The notes under the pieces were generated by a model. The model was not told where the DNA came from. It saw only the letters and a list, made by a program, of their open reading frames with translations, and did not search any database. This document shows positions 50,436-59,976 of a stretch of 64,000 nucleotides of DNA, in pieces. How positions within the stretch are numbered: the first letter of the stretch is position 1; every line of letters begins with the position of its first letter. Position numbers and translations under genes: made by a program. The stretch comes from an uncultured Methanomicrobiales archaeon (GTDB taxonomy: Archaea > Halobacteriota > Methanomicrobia > Methanomicrobiales > Methanospirillaceae): positions 32,001 through 96,000 of the forward strand of contig CAVWXH010000005.1 in assembly GCA_963758915.1 (NCBI GenBank), given 5' to 3'.

Positions 50436-53066
50436 ATGAAAGAACCTGTTATAGTATCCCCGGAAGACCGGGCTCACCTTGAAATGAAGGGCGGTCTCCA
50501 GTCATCAGAAGTCCCTGAATATCGCAGTAAGTTCGGTGCAAATGTTATGACCCCCCCGGTACGGGAACCGTTATGGTTACAGTACCTGAAGAAATACGAT
50601 GACCCGATAATCAAAATCCTTATTATTGCTGTCGTAATCTCTCTCATCGTCTCGATAATCCAGGGGATCAGCTTTTATGATACCCTTGGAATTATTATCG
50701 CTATCCTGCTTGCAACCGGCATATCTTTTTTCAACGAATACCGGAGCAGCAGGGAATTCGATGTACTGAATGCTCACCGGGATGATGTGGGCGTTAAGGC
50801 AGTCCGCGATGGTCACCCGTCAATGATACCCTCGCGTGACATCGTTGTCGGGGACCTCATCATCCTCGAAGCGGGGGATGCAGTTCCGGCAGATGGCTGG
50901 CTGATCGCCTCAGATGCGTTCTCGAGTGACGAGTCCGCCTTTACAGGCGAGAGCGAACCGGTCGCAAAAGACAGGGAAGATCCGGTCCTGAAAGGCTCAT
51001 TTGTTACTGCCGGGAAAGGACGGATGATCACCGGGGCAGTTGGTGACTCGGCCCAGATGGGGGTAATTGCAGCATCGCTTGGTATCGACCATGCAACCGC
51101 AACCCCCCTTGAACAGAAACTGGAAGCCCTTGCAGGGATCATCAGTAAATTCGGGTATACCATGGGTATCCTGATCCTTGTCAGCCTCTCGATCCGTGGG
51201 ATATTACTCGGGGAACTGACCGGGCTGAACCTTGAAACCCTGAACCATGTCCTGCACTACCTCATGATAGCCGTCGCCATTATCGTCGTTGCAGTCCCTG
51301 AAGGGCTCCCGATGAGTGTTGCACTCTCTCTTTCCCTCGCAATGCGGAAAATGACCCGGGCCAACTGCCTGGTGAGGAAGCTGATTGCCTGTGAGACGAT
51401 TGGCTCTGCGACAACGATTTGCACAGATAAGACAGGGACGCTCACAAAAAACCAGATGGAAGTTGCTTCGGCATCAGGTGGAGAACCCGTACGACCTGAT
51501 AATACTCCCCATACCGCTTCTGAATGGATCACGCTGAATGCCGCACTAAATGGTACTGCCTACCTGGAAGAGCGGGATGGGCGGGTAATTGTCATTGGTA
51601 ATTCGACAGAGGGGGCTCTCCTCCGGTGGCTCCAGCTCCATTCAATCAATTACATGACTATCCGTTCAGAAATCCACGTCAGCAAACAATTCCTGTTCGA
51701 TGGCAACAGGAAACGGATGTCAACCGTTGTAACTATTGCCGGAAAACCCTATCTGCTGGTGAAAGGGGCGCCCGAGATCCTCGCCTCGCTCTGTCTGGTC
51801 CAGCCTGACATGGGCGGCATAAGTGAGCTTGCATCACGGGCTATGAGGACTCTTGCATTTGCCCATAAGGAAATTGTGGACGGTGACGACAGCGAGTCCG
51901 GTCTGCACTGGGACGGGTTTGTCGGTATACGTGACCCGTTGCGGGACAACATTGCTGAATCGGTTGCTACCTGCAGGGCCGCCGGAATAAAAGTCCGGAT
52001 GGTGACGGGTGATAACCGGGAAACGGCAAAGGCCATTGCAGCGGATTCAGGGATCATGGCGGGCGGGATTGTCGTGGACGGAAAGGAATTCCGGTCACTG
52101 ACACCTGACCAGCAGGTATCAGTTGCACAAAACCTTGATGTGATGGCGAGAGCTGAACCTATGGACAAGCTCCTCCTTGTCCAGGCGCTGCAGAAGAAAG
52201 GGGATGTTGTTGCAGTCACCGGTGACGGGACAAACGATGCCCCGGCCCTTAAAAATGCCGATGTCGGCCTGGCAATGGGTATTGCAGGGACCGAAGTAGC
52301 GAGGGAAGCCAGCGATATTATCCTGCTTGACGACTCTTTCGCATCGATCACCAGTGCCGTCTGGTGGGGCAGATCACTCTACGAGAATATCCAGCGTTTT
52401 GTGCTGTTCCAGCTCACACTCAATTTCTGCGCCTGTATTCTGGTATTTATTGCCCCGCTCCTTGGATATCCGGAGCCGTTTACCATTATCCAGATCCTCT
52501 GGGTTAACCTGATTATGGACACACTTGCCGCATTTGCACTCTGTTCGGAAGCGCCACACCGTGACCTGATGAACCGCCTTCCCATTGAGAGAAATACCCC
52601 GGTTATCACCCCGTTTATGTGGTTTTCAATTATCGTGACAGGTACGTTCTTTATCATCGGCGGATTGATCCAGATGAAAACAGGTTTCCTGGGGGGTACC
52701 ACGCCGGCTGAAATTACAACAGTGTTTTTCGCTGCATTTGTCATTGCTGCGATCTGGAATGGTATCAACTGCAGGGCACTTGACGGGAAGATGCCGCCAT
52801 TTTTTAAAGGCAACCCGACGTTTTTCGCAGTAATGGGATTCATTGTCCTCGCACAGATCCTGATTGTCCAGTACGGCGGGTCTGTTTTTGGCACAGTTCC
52901 ACTGACACTCAACGAGTGGCTAACAATTATCGTCGTGTCATCTTCTGTGCTGGTTGTCGGTTTTGTAATCCGGGTTGCGTATCACCGGTTCGGAGACCGG
53001 ATCAATTCTCTCATGCCAGGTGCAAAAGCAGGAAACAAGACCCGGTATCCTCCGGAGGTCCCATAA
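50436..53066 (+). CDS. Ca2+-translocating P-type ATPase, PMCA-like
   Basis: VAVPEGLP, DKTGTLT, FQLTLN, ILWVNLIMDT, TGDGTNDAPAL. Confidence 0.92.
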   Translation: MKEPVIVSPEDRAHLEMKGGLQSSEVPEYRSKFGANVMTPPVREPLWLQYLKKYDDPIIKILIIAVVISLIVSIIQGISFYDTLGIIIAILLATGISFFNEYRSSREFDVLNAHRDDVGVKAVRDGHPSMIPSRDIVVGDLIILEAGDAVPADGWLIASDAFSSDESAFTGESEPVAKDREDPVLKGSFVTAGKGRMITGAVGDSAQMGVIAASLGIDHATATPLEQKLEALAGIISKFGYTMGILILVSLSIRGILLGELTGLNLETLNHVLHYLMIAVAIIVVAVPEGLPMSVALSLSLAMRKMTRANCLVRKLIACETIGSATTICTDKTGTLTKNQMEVASASGGEPVRPDNTPHTASEWITLNAALNGTAYLEERDGRVIVIGNSTEGALLRWLQLHSINYMTIRSEIHVSKQFLFDGNRKRMSTVVTIAGKPYLLVKGAPEILASLCLVQPDMGGISELASRAMRTLAFAHKEIVDGDDSESGLHWDGFVGIRDPLRDNIAESVATCRAAGIKVRMVTGDNRETAKAIAADSGIMAGGIVVDGKEFRSLTPDQQVSVAQNLDVMARAEPMDKLLLVQALQKKGDVVAVTGDGTNDAPALKNADVGLAMGIAGTEVAREASDIILLDDSFASITSAVWWGRSLYENIQRFVLFQLTLNFCACILVFIAPLLGYPEPFTIIQILWVNLIMDTLAAFALCSEAPHRDLMNRLPIERNTPVITPFMWFSIIVTGTFFIIGGLIQMKTGFLGGTTPAEITTVFFAAFVIAAIWNGINCRALDGKMPPFFKGNPTFFAVMGFIVLAQILIVQYGGSVFGTVPLTLNEWLTIIVVSSSVLVVGFVIRVAYHRFGDRINSLMPGAKAGNKTRYPPEVP

Positions 53067-53256
53067 ATTTCCCGGGGAACGCAGTAATTTATTCCTGCCA
53101 TCAGGGATACCAGTTGGACCCACGTTGGCATCCTCCTATAAAAAAAAGTGATTTAACGGGCCAGCTGAACAGATACGACTCATGCAAATTCAGTCGTCTG
53201 CCGTCCTCTTTTTTTATCCTGGCCTGATCAGATATGCAGACCCTAAAAAAAAACGA

Positions 53257-53979
53257 TTATTCCCCTGCCTGCCTGTTTGAGAGGAATTTTCCCACCAGCC
53301 AGGAAACAAGAACCGCGATATACAGCGTACCGATAATCATCTCAAACATCGTCACCGTCCGTGCTGTCGATGTAAGTGCTGCGACATTGTAATTTCCCGT
53401 GGTCGTGAGGATTGAGAAACTGTACCCGATGTAATCAGATATGTACACCAGCTGGTCGGTTCTCTTTGTCACGATATCAAATGACGCTGGTGAAAAAATC
53501 TCCATTGCCATTATACCCATAGCCCATGTGAGGCCGAGGAGGAAGTAGACCGATATTGCCCCGAAAATTGTATCCCTCCGTATTTCACGTTCATGGATGA
53601 CAACTAAAAAAATTGCAATGCTGACCAGGATAAAAAATACCAGGGTGACTACAACTGCGGCATGGAAATAATGAGCAATCCCGGTCAGGTAATAGAAGGA
53701 ATATAAGATAATCGTGATTATCACAAGCACAACCCCGATGACCATGAGGTGCACGTTGCGACTTATAGCCTGGATTGCAAAGAATAATAAAATTACCAGC
53801 AGTATATCAGTGAAAATCCTTGCAGCTTCACTATCTTCGAGCAGGGGAAGGACAGAAAGGAAAACAATGAGTGCAATGAAATGGAATGTACATTTATTCT
53901 CATCCCTCCATTTCAGGAAAGCAGCAGTTTTGTTTTCTAATGAGCCCTTTATCATGTTTTTGCCGGGTGTGGAGGGCAT
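53257..53979 (-). CDS. Potassium-channel-like protein (Ion_trans_2) with degenerate filter
   Basis: I.GAISVY.LLG..W, YSFSILTTTGNYN in place of TLGYGD, E...G.LYIAVLV..LVG. Confidence 0.8.
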   Translation of the reverse strand: MPSTPGKNMIKGSLENKTAAFLKWRDENKCTFHFIALIVFLSVLPLLEDSEAARIFTDILLVILLFFAIQAISRNVHLMVIGVVLVIITIILYSFYYLTGIAHYFHAAVVVTLVFFILVSIAIFLVVIHEREIRRDTIFGAISVYFLLGLTWAMGIMAMEIFSPASFDIVTKRTDQLVYISDYIGYSFSILTTTGNYNVAALTSTARTVTMFEMIIGTLYIAVLVSWLVGKFLSNRQAGE

Positions 53980-54159
53980 ATACCAGATGTATCTGCGAAT
54001 AACAGATATTGTTTTATCTTTAAAATCCGGACCGGGAATATTCCCTGGACGAAGACTCCACCGTATCGTATATTAGAAATTTCCGGACGGTCCCGGAATC
54101 TGAAATGTCCCCCTGGTTTATCCGGAACCGTTACTTTCACCCTGCCCATGGCAAGATCG

Positions 54160-54166
54160 TTTATAT
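54160..54166 (+). promoter_or_regulatory. Putative TATA box for the candidate ncRNA
   Basis: TTTATAT about 30 nt before the start of the folded region. Confidence 0.45.
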
Positions 54167-54192
54167 GTCACTCATAGAGTGTCTAATCGTGT

Positions 54193-54613
54193 CAGGATCA
54201 TGCTACCGGGACGAATAGAGCGGACCGGTAACTATACTGGCTGCCATATCAGCCTGTGGTGGCGGCACCAGCCTTGTGCTCCTGGCACAAAGGGGAAACC
54301 AGTGATGAATGACCCCTCAAGACAACGGTCTGTGCCATAATCGTGATAGTTGCACCGTACCAACGACCCCGGCGCCACCAGGGATCGCATGATGCAGGTG
54401 AACAGACCTGTTGGAGATCGGGAAACCCGTTGGGCCGGTAACGCTCATCCGTTACCAGGCTGCCGGAAGAGGCCTGAGATAAACTGAACGTAAGGAGTGA
54501 TGTAACAGGATCAAGACCCGCCAAAACCCACCTTTACAATTGTAGCATACAACAGAGTCCGGTGTCCGGAATAACCTGAGCATGAGGGCCCGGTCCGGAA
54601 AATGGTAGATCTG
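54193..54613 (+). ncRNA. Candidate large structured non-coding RNA (~410 nt), family unknown
   Basis: No credible ORF; terminal helices 54203-07/54604-08 and 54221-28/54590-97 enclose about 10 nested or adjacent stems (see findings). Confidence 0.45.
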
Positions 54614-54763
54614 CAGGGGTATACGCAGGAAATGCGTTTGCGATCTCCCTATAACCAACACGATTTAATTAATATTCAATCTCTTCAATCCATCTTTTTA
54701 TTGATCACTGACGGTAACATTCCTAGAGAATTTCCTGACCGTGGCCAGGTATGCCCGGAACGT

Positions 54764-56701
54764 TCAAAGTCCCGGCTGCTGCTGGCTTGCACAGTGGAAG
54801 GTCCCGTACCCTTCAACCATTGCCCGGGCATTAATCCCGATTACCTCCCGGCCCGGGAAGAGTGACCTAAGAATATGTAAAGCCCGGCTATCCTTGGGAT
54901 CATTAAAAACCGGGACGATAACTACTGAATTACCAATATAGAAATTTGTGTAACTTGCCGGGTACCGGAGATCCCCGTTCGAGACGCTATCCGGCATCGG
55001 TAGTTTTACAACCGTTAGCGGCCCCCCGTCCTGGTCCGTGGATTTTAACAGGGTATTATAATTCTCCTGCAGGGTACGGTAATTTTCATCGGCCCTGTCC
55101 TCCTCACATGCACAGACAACGGTGGAAGGGCCGGTAAACCTCGCAAAATCGTCAATATGACCATCGGTGTCATCCCCTGCGATACCTTCCTCCAGCCATA
55201 GTACGTGGTCGACTCCAAGGTTCTCCTTAAGGAATGCCTCCAGGTCAGGTTCTGATAATCCTTTGTTCCTGTTCGGGTTAAGGAGGCATGAACGGCTGGT
55301 CATGACGGTCCCTCTCCCGTTCACATCGATCGAACCCCCTTCGAGGATAATACCCGGGCTGAATACGGGAAGTCCCAGCCAGTCGCTCATCAATTCCGGA
55401 ATTGTTCCATCCCTGATGAGGTTTTCATATTTTCCGCCCCACGCATTAAATTTCCACTGCACCATGGCAACCTGGGAAATGGCAGGATTGACAACGAAGG
55501 TGGGCCCGTAATCGCGGATCCAGACGTCCTGATAGTCAGTAACCCGGTACCGGACATGAGAATCGCCCGTCCCCTCCTTACAGAGACGTTCTTTGATCAT
55601 TTCCCTTGTGCCCGTGTCCCTGACAAGCAGTTCTACCGTTTCTGACCCGTGCATTGCAGAAATAAACCTGATATAGGCATCTTCAACTGCACCAATGTCA
55701 GGGAATGTCACGGTATTATGGGGCCACGAGAGCCATACTGCCTCGTGCCTCTCCCATTCTGCAGGCATGCAAAACCCCGTGTTTCGCGGGGTATCTCCCT
55801 TGCGGACGATAAAACGGAGCCCGGTATTGTCGGGCATGGTGACGATATTCCCGTATGTATCAGGACGCCGGTTGCGGAAAAAGCCCCATGAATCCTGAAT
55901 TGTCCGGTTCATCGAGAGATCCAGGTCCGCGATGATGATCTCCTCTGCATCTCCTGCACGGGCTATTACCCTGCCAAATGCATCGCTTACAAAAGAACCC
56001 CCGAAAAACCTGACTGCCCCTTCAGTTCCCACCCGGTTAACTGCTGCAACATGGATACTATTGGCAATCGCATGGCTCCGCTGGACCAGTTCCCATGATT
56101 CCTGCCAGTCACCTTCCAGGGGATCGAAGCTGAGAGGCTGGCCGATTGCCGTCGGGTAAAAAATTATCGATGCACCCATGAGAGCGGCGGAACGGGCCGC
56201 TTCAGGGAACCACTGGTCAAAACAGATTAAGACTGCAAAGCACCCGAAACGGGTGTGAAAGATCCGGTACTCATTACCCGGGTAAAAATATCCCTTCTCA
56301 TAAAAACCAGGGTCCTGGGGAATATGGACCTTATGGTACGGTGGATGCAGGCTGCCATCAGCATCGATCACAACCGCTGTATTGAAAAAACGGCCATCAG
56401 TTGCTCTTTCATATACCGGTACGATAATTACGACCTGGGAACGCTTCGCGATCGTTGAAAAGAGGTCCGTGGATTTCCCCGGGACGCTCTCAGCAAGAGC
56501 TGATGCATCTCTCCGGATGTATTGTGGGAAGTAGCGGGTACGGAACAGCTCGGGGAGGCAGATAATTTTTGCACCTTTGTCGATTGCGGACTCTACCTTC
56601 ATGACAGCACGCTGAAGGTTATCTTCAGGGTCTGGCCCCATTTCCATCTGGACCAGTCCGACTATAACGTTCCGTCCGTCTGCGATGGGTTGGCGCTCCA
56701 T
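54764..56701 (-). CDS. aguA: Fused N-carbamoylputrescine amidase (AguB) / agmatine deiminase (AguA)
   Basis: Nitrilase triad LPEL, YHKVHIP, ICFDQWFPE; then MPAEW, WIRDYGP, EGGSI, DDTDGHID, G.GTFHC.SQQQP. Confidence 0.93.
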   Translation of the reverse strand: MERQPIADGRNVIVGLVQMEMGPDPEDNLQRAVMKVESAIDKGAKIICLPELFRTRYFPQYIRRDASALAESVPGKSTDLFSTIAKRSQVVIIVPVYERATDGRFFNTAVVIDADGSLHPPYHKVHIPQDPGFYEKGYFYPGNEYRIFHTRFGCFAVLICFDQWFPEAARSAALMGASIIFYPTAIGQPLSFDPLEGDWQESWELVQRSHAIANSIHVAAVNRVGTEGAVRFFGGSFVSDAFGRVIARAGDAEEIIIADLDLSMNRTIQDSWGFFRNRRPDTYGNIVTMPDNTGLRFIVRKGDTPRNTGFCMPAEWERHEAVWLSWPHNTVTFPDIGAVEDAYIRFISAMHGSETVELLVRDTGTREMIKERLCKEGTGDSHVRYRVTDYQDVWIRDYGPTFVVNPAISQVAMVQWKFNAWGGKYENLIRDGTIPELMSDWLGLPVFSPGIILEGGSIDVNGRGTVMTSRSCLLNPNRNKGLSEPDLEAFLKENLGVDHVLWLEEGIAGDDTDGHIDDFARFTGPSTVVCACEEDRADENYRTLQENYNTLLKSTDQDGGPLTVVKLPMPDSVSNGDLRYPASYTNFYIGNSVVIVPVFNDPKDSRALHILRSLFPGREVIGINARAMVEGYGTFHCASQQQPGL

Positions 56702-56826
56702 TGTTGTGTCTTATAAATGTATGAACTGAAGAGACATAATTGACTTACCCTAAAATGCCGGGGTCTAAAAAAAATCACCGCTAAAAAAAAGATGCAGAAA
56801 AGGGGCCTGCTTTCAACGCATTGTGA

Positions 56827-58164
56827 CTATTGGGAATTCTTACGTTTCAGGTAACCTGACAGGTAATTCAATAACCCGTGGACGCCGTCAGTCTCGGGGT
56901 GGACTTCAAGGAATGAGGAGAAATCGTCTGCAGTGTACCCTTTCTGCATCAGGAATGCGATATAACTCGTGATAATCCCTGCTCCCGGGCCCGATGTTGA
57001 AACCCCCTGCAACAATCCCGTTTCAGGGTTAACGCTGACCTTCGCAAGACCCGTGGCATTGAAGGGGACTTTCCAGAACGTACCGGGACCTGCCGGCCCG
57101 GGGAGACTCACTGAGACTGTGCCGTCATTTGACGGGTTACAAAAAGCATGTTCGCTTGCAAGGCTGACCGACTGGGGAAAGTACTGGTAGTCCATCGTGG
57201 TCACCCTTCCAAGGATGTTCTCTGCGGCAACAATTCCTTCATGACGGGCGACAGGGGTAAGATACGGCGGGCCTGTAACATCCCCTGCAGCATACACCCC
57301 TTTTATGCTGGTCTCCATGTGACTGTCAACAAGCACCTCCCCACCAGGCCCCTTTTTCATGCCATGGAGGTTTTCAGATCGAGGGGAGAGCCCGGTGGCA
57401 ATAAAGAGTGCGTCACATTCAATCTCCTGTTGTGATGCATCCGGTGTCCGGACGGAAACAGAGCTCAGGTGCCGCTCACCGTTAACGGTCAGCAACGAGG
57501 TCCCGGAATGGATAGTAACCCCTTCGAGCTCTGGTAATGCGACCGCGCGCTGCCGGTCGTCAAGTACTTTCAGTACATCACTGCGGGCAACCATGCTTAC
57601 ATCGCACCCGAACGAAGAAAAAATAAAGGCAAATTCGGCAGCCATTACACCGCCGCCGAGGACAACCATCGTTCGGGGTAACCGGTCCATCTGTGCGAGT
57701 GTATGCGGGTTATATACCCCCTCCATCGAGATCCCCGGGACGTCCGGTATTACAGGGGAAGAACCGGTTGCTGCAATAACGGCATCAGGCCTGATGACCT
57801 CGCTACCCAGCCGGACTTCGTTTCCATGGAGAACCGCATCAGTACCGTACTGGATCTCAACCCCCGTACTGCGGGTCTCAGCATCGAGGATACGGGCAAT
57901 TTTTTTCTGGATTTCCAGCATTTCACAGATTAATGTTGGAAAATTTACTTGCGGTACCCGGTCGATGACACCGAGCCGCTGGAGGTCACGGGCATTCCGG
58001 ACAACCCGTGCCGCGTCATTCAGCGCACAGACTACCATGCAGCCGAAATTAAGGCACTGGCCCCCGATAGCACCACGCTCTGCAAGGAGGACCTCCTTTC
58101 CGGCATGTGAGAGGTGCATTGCGGCTATGCGGCCTGCCGGGCCACCACCAAGGACGACGATCAT
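56827..58164 (-). CDS. Pyridine nucleotide-disulfide oxidoreductase (dihydrolipoamide dehydrogenase-related)
   Basis: GGGPAG, GGQCLNFGC, ATGS, GGGVMAAEFA, YAAGDV, HPETD; start at MIVVLGGG. Confidence 0.88.
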   Translation of the reverse strand: MIVVLGGGPAGRIAAMHLSHAGKEVLLAERGAIGGQCLNFGCMVVCALNDAARVVRNARDLQRLGVIDRVPQVNFPTLICEMLEIQKKIARILDAETRSTGVEIQYGTDAVLHGNEVRLGSEVIRPDAVIAATGSSPVIPDVPGISMEGVYNPHTLAQMDRLPRTMVVLGGGVMAAEFAFIFSSFGCDVSMVARSDVLKVLDDRQRAVALPELEGVTIHSGTSLLTVNGERHLSSVSVRTPDASQQEIECDALFIATGLSPRSENLHGMKKGPGGEVLVDSHMETSIKGVYAAGDVTGPPYLTPVARHEGIVAAENILGRVTTMDYQYFPQSVSLASEHAFCNPSNDGTVSVSLPGPAGPGTFWKVPFNATGLAKVSVNPETGLLQGVSTSGPGAGIITSYIAFLMQKGYTADDFSSFLEVHPETDGVHGLLNYLSGYLKRKNSQ

Positions 58165-58171
58165 GGGATGA

Positions 58172-59140
58172 TCAGAGTATCTCGCACCCTTCATCCATCG
58201 GCTGGGAGAGGACTTCACCGGTGAATGCGTTCACTTCGACAATTTTTTTGCCCCTGACCTGCCAGACCGGGAAATGCACGAGGTCAATATCAATGCTGAT
58301 ATTCTTCTTTTCCGGCTTCATGACCTTTTCTTCGTAGAAGATGGTATCTCCCTTCACCTGCTTGATCCGCACACGCTGGGTGAGTTGCTCCACCAGTTCA
58401 CCAAATATCCTGGTATTCGCCTCATCCTTCGAAGTTTTAGGTCCGACTACCTCTGCGTCCCCCGGGATTTCGCCTTTATCGATTGTTTTCGGATCAATCT
58501 CGAGTTTTAACCCGTTAATCGCGTTGATTGCACCCCACCCTTCAGAATCGAATGGAATACGGTGGTCCTGGTAGACCTGTTCGCCGCTGCTCATGTAGTG
58601 GTACACCCAGTGAGGCATAAACTTCAGGATGGCCGCCCCCTGCGTTCCGGAAATCCGTTCTGCATTCTGTTTTGTTACCTTTACCGGCAGGTGCGGGATA
58701 CTGACCCCTGTACTTTCAGCTACGACCGGCTCTGGTGTGGTATCAGTTGCGCTATCTGGTATTGGCCCGGGTCCCGCTCCCGGGATGAGGGTGAGCGAGA
58801 GTTCGCGATCAAGGACCCTGGCAAGGGTTGCCTCCCCTGAAAGACGGACAAACTCCCTGACGCCCCAGATGATGCAATGCTCCGTATGAATCGTATTGTC
58901 AAGGGTAAACAGGAGTTTTTTACAGGGAACCTGCTCTCCCCCGATGATGATGTCATAGTTTGTCCTGTCAAACTCAGCAATGGTGTCAGCCTCCACAGAA
59001 CAGAGCACTGCCACATATTCATCATCCCTGACCGCCGAGAGGTCAAGGGGGTCATCCACTTCCTCTACCTCGAATCCTGCCGCTTCAAGGATAAGTTTCA
59101 CGGCATTTTTCGCCTTTTCCCGCGTCTCGTGTTCCATCAT
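58172..59140 (-). CDS. Conserved hypothetical archaeal protein (PD-(D/E)xK/Mrr-like N-terminus)
   Basis: ILEAAGFEV....DLSA N-terminus; repeated P.W and NA..G motifs. Confidence 0.65.
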   Translation of the reverse strand: MMEHETREKAKNAVKLILEAAGFEVEEVDDPLDLSAVRDDEYVAVLCSVEADTIAEFDRTNYDIIIGGEQVPCKKLLFTLDNTIHTEHCIIWGVREFVRLSGEATLARVLDRELSLTLIPGAGPGPIPDSATDTTPEPVVAESTGVSIPHLPVKVTKQNAERISGTQGAAILKFMPHWVYHYMSSGEQVYQDHRIPFDSEGWGAINAINGLKLEIDPKTIDKGEIPGDAEVVGPKTSKDEANTRIFGELVEQLTQRVRIKQVKGDTIFYEEKVMKPEKKNISIDIDLVHFPVWQVRGKKIVEVNAFTGEVLSQPMDEGCEIL

Positions 59141-59199
59141 GCATACATTTCCCCTGTCTTATAGAACAATTTTTCTCTTTCATGATGGAAAACTGTACA

Positions 59200-59946
59200 A
59201 TGACAAGCCCCCCGAAATTCATTAATCACCGGATAGAAGAATTTGCCATGCAGGTCACCTACAGTCCTGAGGAGAGGACCGGCACTCTTGTCTATAATCT
59301 TTCACTTATCCGGAGTGAAGACCTTGAATTTGCGATAAAGATTTTTAAAGATGCTTACAGGGCGGGTATAAGTGTGAGCGGACTTGTGCGGTTCCTGCAA
59401 CCTGGTGCAATGGTAGAAGATTACCAGGTGCCAGAGGGTTGCATTGGTATGGTATCCGTCTGCAGCTCCACCCTTGATGGCCTTCTGCTCAGGCGCGGGA
59501 TCCCCATGAACCCGATAGGCGGGGGTATTGTTGAGATTGATCACCGGGTCCCGAAACGGTTTATTCACATGATCCTGTACGAGCATACGACAATTGATCC
59601 TCTCCAGGTCCTTATATCGCAGGAGCTCACATCGGTAAATGCGGTCATGAGGCGGGGGAGCGGAAACCTCCTCGCAAATATCCGTGAATGCCACATGGAG
59701 GCGGAATCCCTTGTCGGGGAAGTGCTGGACAGTCTTACGGGAAGTGACCTGTCGGGCATCCTCGAGGTCGGCATGCCAAACACCCCCGCATTAGGTGTTA
59801 CGGTGGACCCGCAGTACCTAGGAATTGTTGCGGTGGGTGGAACGAACCCGATGGCTGCAATCCGGGAAGAAGGGCGGTGGGAGGTAATCAGGGCAATGAA
59901 AGGTCTTATGGACGCCGGTGAAATGACCCATATCAACGAATACTGA
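59200..59946 (+). CDS. nrpRII: NrpR regulatory-domain (DUF128) protein lacking HTH, NrpRII-like
   Basis: SVCSSTLDGLL...GIP.NPIGGG, TIDPL, LANIRE, VGGTNPMA. Confidence 0.8.
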   Translation: MTSPPKFINHRIEEFAMQVTYSPEERTGTLVYNLSLIRSEDLEFAIKIFKDAYRAGISVSGLVRFLQPGAMVEDYQVPEGCIGMVSVCSSTLDGLLLRRGIPMNPIGGGIVEIDHRVPKRFIHMILYEHTTIDPLQVLISQELTSVNAVMRRGSGNLLANIRECHMEAESLVGEVLDSLTGSDLSGILEVGMPNTPALGVTVDPQYLGIVAVGGTNPMAAIREEGRWEVIRAMKGLMDAGEMTHINEY

Positions 59947-59976
59947 TTTCCTCTCCTTTTTTCCTGACATCTGAAT

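Noticed and set aside
54200-54620. RNase P, SRP, or cobalamin/TPP/c-di-AMP riboswitch identity for the structured region
   Set aside because: Only short partial resemblances; the diagnostic conserved cores are absent on both strands
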